A stretch of 64,000 nucleotides of DNA from an uncultured Gemmatimonadaceae bacterium (lineage in GTDB: Bacteria > Gemmatimonadota > Gemmatimonadetes > Gemmatimonadales > Gemmatimonadaceae): NCBI GenBank assembly GCA_963761305.1, contig CAVXGK010000002.1, positions 3,072,001 to 3,136,000 of the forward strand. Reading direction: 5' to 3'. The translations under genes were made by a program, and so were the position numbers. A model generated the notes under the pieces. It searched no databases. It had not been told where the DNA came from and saw only the letters and a list, made by a program, of their open reading frames with translations. Each line of letters begins with the position of its first letter. Positions within the stretch are counted from its first letter, which is position 1. Below, piece by piece: positions 31,195-39,477 of the stretch.

Positions 31195-32024
31195 CGACCA
31201 CCATCCACGTCGCCCACAGTCCGGATTCCGACGACGCGTTCATGTTCTACGCCCTCGCGTCGGGGAAGATCGACACCGAAGGCCTCACGTACGTGCACCA
31301 ACTCCAGGACATCGAGACGCTCAACCAGCGCGCCCTACGTCGCGAGCTCGAGGTGACCGCCGTTTCGATTCACGCGTACGCGTATCTCGCCGATTCGTAC
31401 GCGCTGTTGCCGCACGGCGCCTCGATGGGCGACCGCTACGGACCGCGTCTCGTCGCTCGCACGCCGGTGACCAAGGCCGATGTCCGCGGCAAACGCGTGG
31501 CCGTGCCGGGACTCATGACCAGCGCCTACCTCGCGCTCCGCCTGTTCGAGCCGGTGTTCGAGCCCGTCGTCACACCCTTCGACCAGATCGAGGACGCGGT
31601 GGTGAACGGCGACGTGGACCTTGGCCTGTTGATTCATGAAGGGCAGCTCACCTTCGCCGACCGGGGGCTTCACCTCATCCAGGACTTGGGTGAGTGGTGG
31701 TTTGGCGAGACCGGCCTGCCTCTTCCACTCGGCGGGAACGTCATCAGAAAGGACCTTGGACCGGACCTTACGCGGAAGATTTCACGGCATCTTCGCGACA
31801 GCATCGCGTATGGACTGAAGCATCGAGCGGCGGCGCTAGACCACTCGATGCAGTACGCTCGCGGCCTCGAGCGCTCCAAGGCCGACACCTTCGTGGGGAT
31901 GTACGTGAACGACTGGACGCTGGACTACGGCGACGCCGGCCGGCTGGCCGTCCGCCAGTTTCTCGCCCGCGGGGTCGACGCGGGGATCATCGAGAAGCCG
32001 GTGTCCGTCGAATTCGTCGACTAA
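31191..32024 (+). CDS. mqnD: 1,4-dihydroxy-6-naphthoate synthase (futalosine menaquinone pathway, MqnA/MqnD family)
   Basis: AHSPDSDDAFMFY, DIETLN, LLIHEGQLT, DLGEWW..TGLPLPLG, MYVN. Confidence 0.82.
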   Translation: MTTTIHVAHSPDSDDAFMFYALASGKIDTEGLTYVHQLQDIETLNQRALRRELEVTAVSIHAYAYLADSYALLPHGASMGDRYGPRLVARTPVTKADVRGKRVAVPGLMTSAYLALRLFEPVFEPVVTPFDQIEDAVVNGDVDLGLLIHEGQLTFADRGLHLIQDLGEWWFGETGLPLPLGGNVIRKDLGPDLTRKISRHLRDSIAYGLKHRAAALDHSMQYARGLERSKADTFVGMYVNDWTLDYGDAGRLAVRQFLARGVDAGIIEKPVSVEFVD

Positions 32025-32084
32025 CCCGGCTCCTCGGGCGCGACGCAGCTCGCCGAGACGCCGCCGCGCCGCGGCGCCGTCTCC

Positions 32085-32111
32085 TTGACGCCACCGCCGG
32101 CCAGGTATACT
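32085..32111 (+). promoter_or_regulatory. Sigma70-like promoter upstream of the H1-like gene
   Basis: TTGACG (32085-32090) and TATACT (32106-32111). The spacer is only 15 bp, so this is tentative. Confidence 0.45.
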
Positions 32112-32246
32112 AGAGGCGTTGCAGCGAGCCGATTCGCGCACGCGATCGCGCGCATCGGAGTCGATGCGGGCGCCACACGGCCGTCGCCGATGTTGTAGGC
32201 CGATCATTCAAATTATCTGATCACAACAACCTCTCAGGAGGCGTGC

Positions 32247-32834
32247 ATGCCGTTGGATGATGAGGTGCGCGGGCAGTACCGGTTCTCCGATCGCGATGAC
32301 GACGTCGACGATCTGGGATATGGCGGCGGCGGTGGTGGCGGCGGCAGTGCGTCGTACGACGACGACGAAGAGGAAGACGGCGGCTGGATGACCCACAAGG
32401 ACGAAAGCGACGATTTGTGGGACAGCACCGATGACGTCGACGACGACGACGACGAACCGGCGGTCGAGACGGTCGAGGAGGAAGAGGAGATCGAGGTCTT
32501 CGGCACCGCGAAACCGCCGCGCACGCGCTCCGCTCCCGCGAGCGCGCCCGCCGCGACCGTTGCCGCGGAGAAAGCCGGCGCCAAGAAGGCGGCCGGCGCC
32601 AAGCCGGCGGTGAAAGCGGTCGCGAAAGTGGCCGTCGCAAAACCGGCAGTGAAGCCGGCCGCGAAGCCGGCCGCGAAGCCCGCCGCAAAAGCGGTCAAAA
32701 CGGTCGCGAAGAAAGCAGCCGCCAAGAAACCCGTTGTAACGAAGAGCGCCAAGAAAGCCGCCAAGAAGAGCGCGAAAAAGGCGGCCAAGACGGCGAAGCC
32801 GGCCAAGAAGGGCGGCAAGAAAAAGAAGCGCTGA
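32247..32834 (+). CDS. Intrinsically disordered histone-H1-like protein: acidic N-half, Lys/Ala-rich (KPAA/KKAA) C-half
   Basis: SD AGGAGG before the ATG. D/E tracts in aa 1-86 and AKPAAKPAAK...KKAAKK repeats after. Terminator follows. Confidence 0.8.
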   Translation: MPLDDEVRGQYRFSDRDDDVDDLGYGGGGGGGGSASYDDDEEEDGGWMTHKDESDDLWDSTDDVDDDDDEPAVETVEEEEEIEVFGTAKPPRTRSAPASAPAATVAAEKAGAKKAAGAKPAVKAVAKVAVAKPAVKPAAKPAAKPAAKAVKTVAKKAAAKKPVVTKSAKKAAKKSAKKAAKTAKPAKKGGKKKKR

Positions 32835-32851
32835 GCGTCTGATCACGCGGG

Positions 32852-32899
32852 GCGCGGCAGCGGGGCGGCGGCATGCACGCCCTGCTGCCGCGCTTTTTT
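32852..32899 (+). terminator. Intrinsic terminator
   Basis: gcgcggcagcggggcg ... cgccctgctgccgcgc followed by tttttt. Confidence 0.85.
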
Positions 32900-33006
32900 G
32901 CTCCCCGCCGCCGTCCCCTCAACGCCCGCCGCCACTTCGGTTATTGTACGATGTCGCTCGACCGTCAGTCGCGCGTTATCGTCTCTTGCATCCCCGCGCT
33001 CCCGCC

Positions 33007-33555
33007 ATGGCCGATTCGCCGATCCTGCTTCTGCGCGCGCACGCACGCCATGCCCCGTGGAATGCACGCGGGCTTGCGGCGCACGTGACTGCGCTGGTCG
33101 ATGCGGCCGGCGTTCGGCCCACGAACGCGTCGGCACGAGCCGCGCCGAGCGCTCGCTCGATTCGCTTCTACATCGCGAATGGGCTGTTGTCGCGACCCGA
33201 AGGCGCCGGGACGTCGGCCACGTACAACTACCGGCACTTTCTCCAATTGGTCGCGATCAAGGTTCGGCAGCGCGAAGGCGCGACGCTCGACGCGATCAAG
33301 AAGGAAATGGGAGACGCCACGGGCGATGCCCTCGAGCGACGCGTCGCCACGTCGCTCGCCGCGGCGCTTGGTGCCACCGTCGAAACACGCAAGACCGTTG
33401 GCGAAGGAGACTTTCCCGCCAGTTGGCGGCGAATGCCCGTCGCCGACGGTGTCGAGCTGCACGTTCGAGACAACTCCCCGGCGTCGCGCGACGAGGCGCT
33501 CGTCGCGATGCGCGAGGCTGTTCGCGCGGCGTTGGGCCGCGAGGACATCCGCTAG
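33007..33555 (+). CDS. MerR-family HTH transcriptional regulator
   Basis: ARSIRFYIANGLLSRP....ATY...HFLQLVAIK.RQ.EG.TLDAI, and a C-terminal WRR.PV.DGVELHV module. Confidence 0.8.
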   Translation: MADSPILLLRAHARHAPWNARGLAAHVTALVDAAGVRPTNASARAAPSARSIRFYIANGLLSRPEGAGTSATYNYRHFLQLVAIKVRQREGATLDAIKKEMGDATGDALERRVATSLAAALGATVETRKTVGEGDFPASWRRMPVADGVELHVRDNSPASRDEALVAMREAVRAALGREDIR

Positions 33556-33588
33556 CCGCGCCGTACGGTCTTTTTCCGAGGACGCGCC

Positions 33589-34317
33589 ATGCCCGACCCC
33601 GCCAGCGCGACGTTCAGCGGATCGACCGTTCTATTGACCGGCGTCGGCACCGACGGACAGGTCGGGCAGGCCGTGGCTCGTGCGTTCGCCGAAGCGGGCG
33701 CCTCGCTTCTCCTCGTCGATCGCACGAAGGAACACATCGACGCGCGCGCCGCCGAGCTGACCCGCGACGGCTACCGCGCGACCGGGTTCGCCTGCGACCT
33801 CACCGACGGCTCGGCGGTGAAGTCGCTCGCCGGTCAGATCCGCGACGCACACGGCGCAGCCATTCACGCACTGGTGCACATGGCCGGCGGGTTCGCCATG
33901 AGCGGACCGGTTGCCGAGAGCACCGACGACGTGTGGAATCGCCAGATCGCAATCAACCTCACGACGGCGTTCACGACGTCGCGCGCCTTCCTGCCCATGC
34001 TGCGCGCTGGCAAGGGCTCGATCGTGTTCTTCGCGTCGGAGGCGGTGCTCCCGGGGTCCACCGGCGCTCGGATGTCCGCGTACTCAGTCGCCAAGGCCGG
34101 AGTCGTGGCGCTCATGCGCGCGATCGCCGCCGAAGAGCGACCCAGCGGCGTGCGTGCGAACGCCGTCGCGCCGTCGGCGATCCGCACGGCGACGAACGTT
34201 CGCGACATGGGCGACGGCGCCAAGTACGTCGAGCGCGAGCAGGTCGCCGACGTCGTTCTCTTTCTTTGTTCCCACCGCGCGAGTGCGATCTCCGGCCTCG
34301 TGGTGCCTGTCGCGTGA
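33589..34317 (+). CDS. SDR family oxidoreductase
   Basis: TGVGTDGQVG, CDLTD, YSVAK (YxxxK), VRANAVAP. Confidence 0.88.
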   Translation: MPDPASATFSGSTVLLTGVGTDGQVGQAVARAFAEAGASLLLVDRTKEHIDARAAELTRDGYRATGFACDLTDGSAVKSLAGQIRDAHGAAIHALVHMAGGFAMSGPVAESTDDVWNRQIAINLTTAFTTSRAFLPMLRAGKGSIVFFASEAVLPGSTGARMSAYSVAKAGVVALMRAIAAEERPSGVRANAVAPSAIRTATNVRDMGDGAKYVEREQVADVVLFLCSHRASAISGLVVPVA

Positions 34318-34330
34318 CGACTCGCGCCTC

Positions 34331-35191
34331 ATGACGCTGCCGGCGAAGCGCCGCACTCCCGCGCGAACGGCGCTCCTGGACCGTTCGCTCGAGGAGTTTC
34401 CGGTCTTTCGCCTGAGCGACACACCGGACGAGCCGTCGCTCTCTTACACAACTGAAGAAGGCGGCCGGTGGCGCGTGCTGGCGTCACCGGGCGACCGCCT
34501 GCCCGGCACGTTCGATCAGGACGTGTACGTGGAGCTCATGCACCGCTTTCAGGAGGCGGGCGAACCCGCCGACGGTGCGCTCACCTTTACGCTCCACGCG
34601 TTTCTTCGCTCGATGGGACGTCAGGCGGACGGCCGTACGTACGAGCAACTGCGCGGCGCGCTCGCCCGTCTCGAACGAACCACGCTCCAGTCGGAGCGAA
34701 GCTACTTCGACGCGACCGGACCCGGCCTCACCGACGTCAGCTTCACGCTCCTCACGTCGGTCGCCGTCGAACGGCGCCGGACGCGCGAGCGCGAACAGCT
34801 GGTTCTGTTCCCCGGATCGCCGACTGCCGAACCGGGTGAGGCCCGCGTCGTCATCTCCCCCATCGTGCGGCAGAACCTGGTCGCGAGGCACGTCATCCCC
34901 TTGGCAATCGGCCGATACTTGGCGCTCGCGTCTCCCGTGGCGAGACGTCTCTACCGGCTCATCGAGCTGGCCCGCGCCAGCGACATCCTCACCTGGCGGG
35001 TTTCATTGGACCGTCTGCGCGACCAACTCCCCCTCACCCAGCGCTATCCGTCCCATCTCCAGAGAGTGTTGCAACCCGCCCACGACCTCCTCCGAGAGAC
35101 CGGAGTGATTCGGGAGGCCGTCATTCGTCAACAACAGAGGGACTGGTTCGTGGATTACATGTTGGCCGGCCGGAGGGCCGAGTCCGGCTAA
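34331..35191 (+). CDS. Plasmid-type replication initiator-like protein (RPA/RepA winged-helix family)
   Basis: LEEFPVFRLS, LPGTFDQDVYVEL, FTLHAFLRSMGR..DGRTYEQLRGALARL..TT, YLALASPVARRLYRLI. Start ATG 34331. Confidence 0.68.
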   Translation: MTLPAKRRTPARTALLDRSLEEFPVFRLSDTPDEPSLSYTTEEGGRWRVLASPGDRLPGTFDQDVYVELMHRFQEAGEPADGALTFTLHAFLRSMGRQADGRTYEQLRGALARLERTTLQSERSYFDATGPGLTDVSFTLLTSVAVERRRTREREQLVLFPGSPTAEPGEARVVISPIVRQNLVARHVIPLAIGRYLALASPVARRLYRLIELARASDILTWRVSLDRLRDQLPLTQRYPSHLQRVLQPAHDLLRETGVIREAVIRQQQRDWFVDYMLAGRRAESG

Positions 35192-35255
35192 TCTCCACGC
35201 AACGCTCGAAAGCGAACGAATCCGTTGTTTGTCGTGTACCATTTCCAAAAGCACT

Positions 35256-35456
35256 ATGGCCACCAAGCTCGACAAGACGATCCGGCGCGAGATCGAAATC
35301 GACGGCGAGGCATACACCGTCGCCATTTCGCCCGACGGATTTCGGCTCACGAAGAAGCGGTTTCGCTCCGGCGTGGCACTATCCTGGAAGACGGTTTGGA
35401 CCCGTCATGGCGGAAATGCCGCCGAGCAGCCGGAAGAGCCCGCCGTCGAGCAGTAG
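35256..35456 (+). CDS. Small basic hypothetical protein (66 aa)
   Basis: MATKLDKTIRREIEIDGEAYTVAISPDGFRLTKKRFRSGVALSW. Fills the intergenic gap with normal codon style. Confidence 0.7.
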   Translation: MATKLDKTIRREIEIDGEAYTVAISPDGFRLTKKRFRSGVALSWKTVWTRHGGNAAEQPEEPAVEQ

Positions 35457-35546
35457 CGCACTCGCGCGCACTCGCGCGCAACTTGCGCACAACGGCTAGT
35501 TGCCGGTCGCAGTATACCTTCCTAGACCCTAAGCTGGACTCGACGC

Positions 35547-37163
35547 ATGCCTCGTATTCGGAAAGCCGCCTTCATTGGTGCGTTGTTGGTCCCTGTCGTC
35601 GCAGGTGGATTCCTGCTGCAAGCCCGCTCGCAGCGCGAAGGCGCTGAGCTGCTTGATCAAGTGATGCAGTTGGTGAACGACCGCTTCGTCGACACGCTTC
35701 CGCTGTCCGACGTCTACGCGAAGGCGGCAACCGGACTCGTCAAGGAGCTGAACGACCCGTATAGTGAGCTCCTCACCCCGAAAGATCTCAAACAGTTCAG
35801 CAGCCGAACCGGCGGTCGGTACGGCGGACTCGGCATGCTGATCGAGCCGGACAACGAGACGAAGACAGTTCGCGTCGTGACCGTCTATCCGAATACGCCG
35901 GCCGAGGCCGGCGGCGTGCGGGAGGGCGACCTGATCATCAGAGTCGACACGCTCTCGACGCGCGGCTGGACGATCAACCAAGTTTCCGATTCTCTGACCG
36001 GCACGCCGGGAACGAAGGTCAAGGTTTCGTTCGCGCGTCCGGGCGTCGCCGTGCCGATCACCGCGTCGTTCACACGCGCGATCATCAACGTGCCGGCGGT
36101 TCCCTACGTCATCACGTTCGCCAACAAGATCGGCTACATCCCGCTCCAGCAGTTCAACGAGAACGCCGCGGACAACATCCAGGCCGCGGTCAAGCGGCTC
36201 GAGGACCAGGGTGCGCGCGGCATCATTCTCGACATGCGCGGCGACCCGGGCGGCATTCTCGATCAGAGTCTGCGCGTCGCGAACACGTTCCTGCCGCAAG
36301 GTCAGTTGCTCGCCACGGTGAAAGGACGCGAGGGCCCGATCCAGGTCGAGACGGCGAAGTCCACTCCGATCGCGCCGACAGTTCCGCTCGTCGTGATGAC
36401 GGATGACCGCACCGCCTCGGCGTCGGAGATCGTCGCCGGCGCGTTGCAGGACCACGACCGCGCGCTCGTCGTCGGCCAGACGAGCTTTGGCAAGGGTCTG
36501 GTGCAGGGTGTGTACGATCACCTCGATGGTGGGTACGCCCTCAAGCTGACCACCGGCAAATGGTTCACGCCGAGCGGCCGCTCGATTCAGCGTCCGCGCA
36601 AGTTCGTGAACGGCCAGTTCGTCGAGGAGACGCCGGATTCGAACGAGACGAACGCGACGAAGAAGAACCGCCCGGCATTCAAGTCGGACGCCGGTCGCAC
36701 GGTGTATGGCGGCGGCGGCATCACGCCCGACGTGATCGTGCAGGACGACACGCTGACGACGGCGGAGCAGACGTTCGCCAAGACCATCGCGCCCAAGGGA
36801 CAGGATTTCCTCACCGTGCTCGCCGACTACAGCATGGAGTTGGCGAAGACGGCGTCGCCGACGTTCACGGTTCAGCCGACGTGGGACAACGAGTTCTACA
36901 CCCGGCTCCAGGCGAAGGGTGTCGTGGTGGATCGCAAGACGTTCGACGGCGCGAGCCGCTACGTGAACCGCATGCTCGATCAGCGCATCGCACACTTTGC
37001 ACTCGGCGATTCGGCGGCCAAGCGACGCGATCTCCCGTACGACGCGCCGCTTCGCAAGGCGATCGACCTGCTCGACAAGGGCGGATCGCAACGCGAGCTG
37101 TTCGCCGCCGCCGGCGAGCCGTTGACCTCGACCCACTCTGTCCCGCCCGCGCGAAAGCCGTAA
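35547..37163 (+). CDS. S41A carboxyl-terminal processing protease (CtpA/Prc) with PDZ domain
   Basis: LNDPYS, YGGLGM, DMRGDPGG, TASASEIVAGALQD, SFGKG, WFTPSGRSI. Confidence 0.92.
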   Translation: MPRIRKAAFIGALLVPVVAGGFLLQARSQREGAELLDQVMQLVNDRFVDTLPLSDVYAKAATGLVKELNDPYSELLTPKDLKQFSSRTGGRYGGLGMLIEPDNETKTVRVVTVYPNTPAEAGGVREGDLIIRVDTLSTRGWTINQVSDSLTGTPGTKVKVSFARPGVAVPITASFTRAIINVPAVPYVITFANKIGYIPLQQFNENAADNIQAAVKRLEDQGARGIILDMRGDPGGILDQSLRVANTFLPQGQLLATVKGREGPIQVETAKSTPIAPTVPLVVMTDDRTASASEIVAGALQDHDRALVVGQTSFGKGLVQGVYDHLDGGYALKLTTGKWFTPSGRSIQRPRKFVNGQFVEETPDSNETNATKKNRPAFKSDAGRTVYGGGGITPDVIVQDDTLTTAEQTFAKTIAPKGQDFLTVLADYSMELAKTASPTFTVQPTWDNEFYTRLQAKGVVVDRKTFDGASRYVNRMLDQRIAHFALGDSAAKRRDLPYDAPLRKAIDLLDKGGSQRELFAAAGEPLTSTHSVPPARKP

Positions 37164-37172
37164 GTTTCGCGC

Positions 37173-38249
37173 ATGCGAATCGAGACCCTCACCGCCGCCG
37201 CGATTGTCGCGGCGGCGGTTTCTTCTTGTGCCCATCGCGCGGCCGGTAATCCGGCCACGGCAAGCACGACGAGCAACTCGGCGGGTCCGTCGCCCGAACC
37301 CGGCGAGCGGCACTTCGCCAAGATTCGTCAGCTCACGTTCGGCGGCGAGAATGCCGAAGCGTATTTCAGTCGCGACGGCAAGCGCCTGATCTTCCAGTCC
37401 ACGCGCGGCGGCCGAACGTGCGACCAGCAATACGTGATGAACGTCGACGGCAGCGGCGTGCGTCGCGTCTCCACCGGATTCGGCAAGACGACCTGCGGAT
37501 ATTTCTTCGACGCCGACCGGCGGATCTTCTTCGCGTCGACGCACGCGGCCGACACGGCGTGTCCGCCCAGACCCGATCCTTCCAAGGGCTATGTGTGGGG
37601 GCTCGACCCGTACGACATCTACGTCGCCAACCCCGACGGCTCGGCGCTTCGGCGCCTGACGAACTATGGCGTCTACACCGCGGAGGGCACGCTCTCGCCC
37701 GACGGTCAGACGATCGTGTTCACGTCGCTCAAGGACGGCGATCTCGACATCTACACGATGCGGGTCGACGGGAGCAATCTCAAACGACTCACCTTCCAAC
37801 CCGGCTACGACGGCGGCCCGTTTTTCTCGCCCGACGGGAAGAAGATCGTCTACCGCGCGTGGCATCCGAGCGACACGGCGCTCGTGTCGTACCGCGAGCT
37901 GCTCCGCCAGCGGCTGGTGCGACCCAACCGCATGGAGATCTGGGTCATGAACGCCGACGGCTCGGACCAGCACCAGATCACCAACCTCGGCGGGGCCAAC
38001 TTCGCGCCGTATTTCACGCCGGACGGTCGCCGGATCATCTTCTCGTCCAACTACAAGAATCCGAAGAGCCGAGATTTCGAATTGTATCTTGTGAACCCGG
38101 ACGGGTCGGGACTGGAGCAGGTGACGCACCACGTCGAGTTCGACGGGTTTCCGATGTTCAGTCCGGATGGTACGAAGCTCGTCTGGGCGTCGGGGCGATC
38201 GTCGCGCGAGGGAGAGCTGAACCTCTTCCTCGCCGACTGGGTCCCCTAG
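37173..38249 (+). CDS. TolB-like PD40 beta-propeller lipoprotein
   Basis: Lipobox AVSSC. ENAEAYFS and repeated FSPDG units (YDGGPFFSPDG, FDGFPMFSPDG). Confidence 0.85.
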   Translation: MRIETLTAAAIVAAAVSSCAHRAAGNPATASTTSNSAGPSPEPGERHFAKIRQLTFGGENAEAYFSRDGKRLIFQSTRGGRTCDQQYVMNVDGSGVRRVSTGFGKTTCGYFFDADRRIFFASTHAADTACPPRPDPSKGYVWGLDPYDIYVANPDGSALRRLTNYGVYTAEGTLSPDGQTIVFTSLKDGDLDIYTMRVDGSNLKRLTFQPGYDGGPFFSPDGKKIVYRAWHPSDTALVSYRELLRQRLVRPNRMEIWVMNADGSDQHQITNLGGANFAPYFTPDGRRIIFSSNYKNPKSRDFELYLVNPDGSGLEQVTHHVEFDGFPMFSPDGTKLVWASGRSSREGELNLFLADWVP

Positions 38250-39376
38250 CGCAGCGCGGCGCGCAGATTCTCGTCGACGTGCTCGACGCGCTTCATGCCG
38301 ACGAGCGCCGTCGTGACGCCGGGGGCCGACCGCGCGAACGCGATCGCGCGCTGCGCGTCGTTGTCGAACGACGGGAACGCCTCGGCCAGCGCCGGCGGAA
38401 GTCCGGACGACAATTTGCCCTGCATCAGCGTCGCGCTGCCGACCACCATCACGTCGAGCGCGGCGGCCGCTTCGGCCGCCGGCAGCAGTTGCCCGCGCAC
38501 GCTTTGCGTCGGCGTGCGGATCGCTTCGGGCATCGCGAGGTTGATCGGCATCTGAACGGCCCGGAAGTGGTGGTCCTTCCCGGCGAGGTCGCGCGCCAGT
38601 CCGACCAGTCCTTCGATCTCGAGGTGATCCGGCGCGTCCGGTGTCGAGCGCAAACCGTTCCAGGTCGCGCAACCGTACACGCCGATCTCTCCGCGCGACG
38701 CCGCGTCTTCGAGGATCACGAACGCCGAGCGAATGCGTGCCATGAGCTCGTCGCGGCCCACCGCGCTCGCCTGCTGTTCCGGATTGTGCAAGTAGTAGAC
38801 GTCGATGCGCCGCACGCCGAGGTTCTGCCGGCTCTTGGCGAGGCAAAACCGGATGAATCGGGGAGCCAGGCTGTGTCCGCCGCCGACGATCTCGGTCTGC
38901 TGCAGAATCTCCGTGTCGATGAACTCCCGCTTCACGTACGCGCGGTACTCGTCGCGCGACGCTGGCGGCTGGGCATCCAGCGGGATATATCCGCCCTTCG
39001 AGCACACCACTAGTTCGTCGCGCGTCAGGTCGCCCGAGGTCGTCAGGCGGCGCAGGGCCGCGCCCACGGCGCGCTCCGACCGCTGCCCGCGATAGTTCAG
39101 GGCGGTGTCGATCAGATTGATCCCGGAGCGAGCAGCATGCTCGATCGAAGCAGCGTACGCCGCATCGTCGCCCGCCGTGGACTCGCCCAGATACGTCCCG
39201 ATGCCGATCGACGAGACGCTGGCGCCGAGCGGTCCCGCTCGGAAATAGTCCGAGACGAACCGGGGCGCGAGACGATCCCGATACCGCGCCGTGCCGGCGC
39301 CGTTCGCGCGCGGCGCCGGAGCGGCGTCGCTCGTCAGCTCGACGGTCTCGCGCGTACGGGGGGTCCTGCTGGTCAT
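38246..39376 (-). CDS. Aldo/keto reductase
   Basis: IGIGTY, INLIDTALNY, SER, CSKGG, IDVYYLHNPE. Start at MTSRT (39376). Confidence 0.87.
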   Translation of the reverse strand: MTSRTPRTRETVELTSDAAPAPRANGAGTARYRDRLAPRFVSDYFRAGPLGASVSSIGIGTYLGESTAGDDAAYAASIEHAARSGINLIDTALNYRGQRSERAVGAALRRLTTSGDLTRDELVVCSKGGYIPLDAQPPASRDEYRAYVKREFIDTEILQQTEIVGGGHSLAPRFIRFCLAKSRQNLGVRRIDVYYLHNPEQQASAVGRDELMARIRSAFVILEDAASRGEIGVYGCATWNGLRSTPDAPDHLEIEGLVGLARDLAGKDHHFRAVQMPINLAMPEAIRTPTQSVRGQLLPAAEAAAALDVMVVGSATLMQGKLSSGLPPALAEAFPSFDNDAQRAIAFARSAPGVTTALVGMKRVEHVDENLRAALR

Positions 39377-39477
39377 CGGTGTCTCAGAGCTACTCCCGCT
39401 CGGGAATCGACGCAAGTTACGTCGGTCGCCGCCGGGTGCGCATTGCCGTCCCTCGTCGCCGCACGGAGGAAAGCCGC

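Noticed and set aside
32600..32830. Repeat array or CRISPR-like periodicity
   Set aside because: These are coding KPAA/KKAA repeats with no spacers, and there are no cas genes.
34331..35547. Integrated plasmid or mobile element around the Rep-like gene
   Set aside because: No integrase, transposase, att repeats, par genes or iteron array is visible, and the flanks are housekeeping-type genes.
35529..39005. 1158-aa minus-strand ORF, and similar long shadow ORFs such as 14548-16332, 19181-21193, 21166-23031, 25463-27409 and 27698-29551
   Set aside because: They lie antisense to well-supported genes, are Arg/Ala-rich with no motifs, and are expected from stop-codon scarcity in high-GC DNA.
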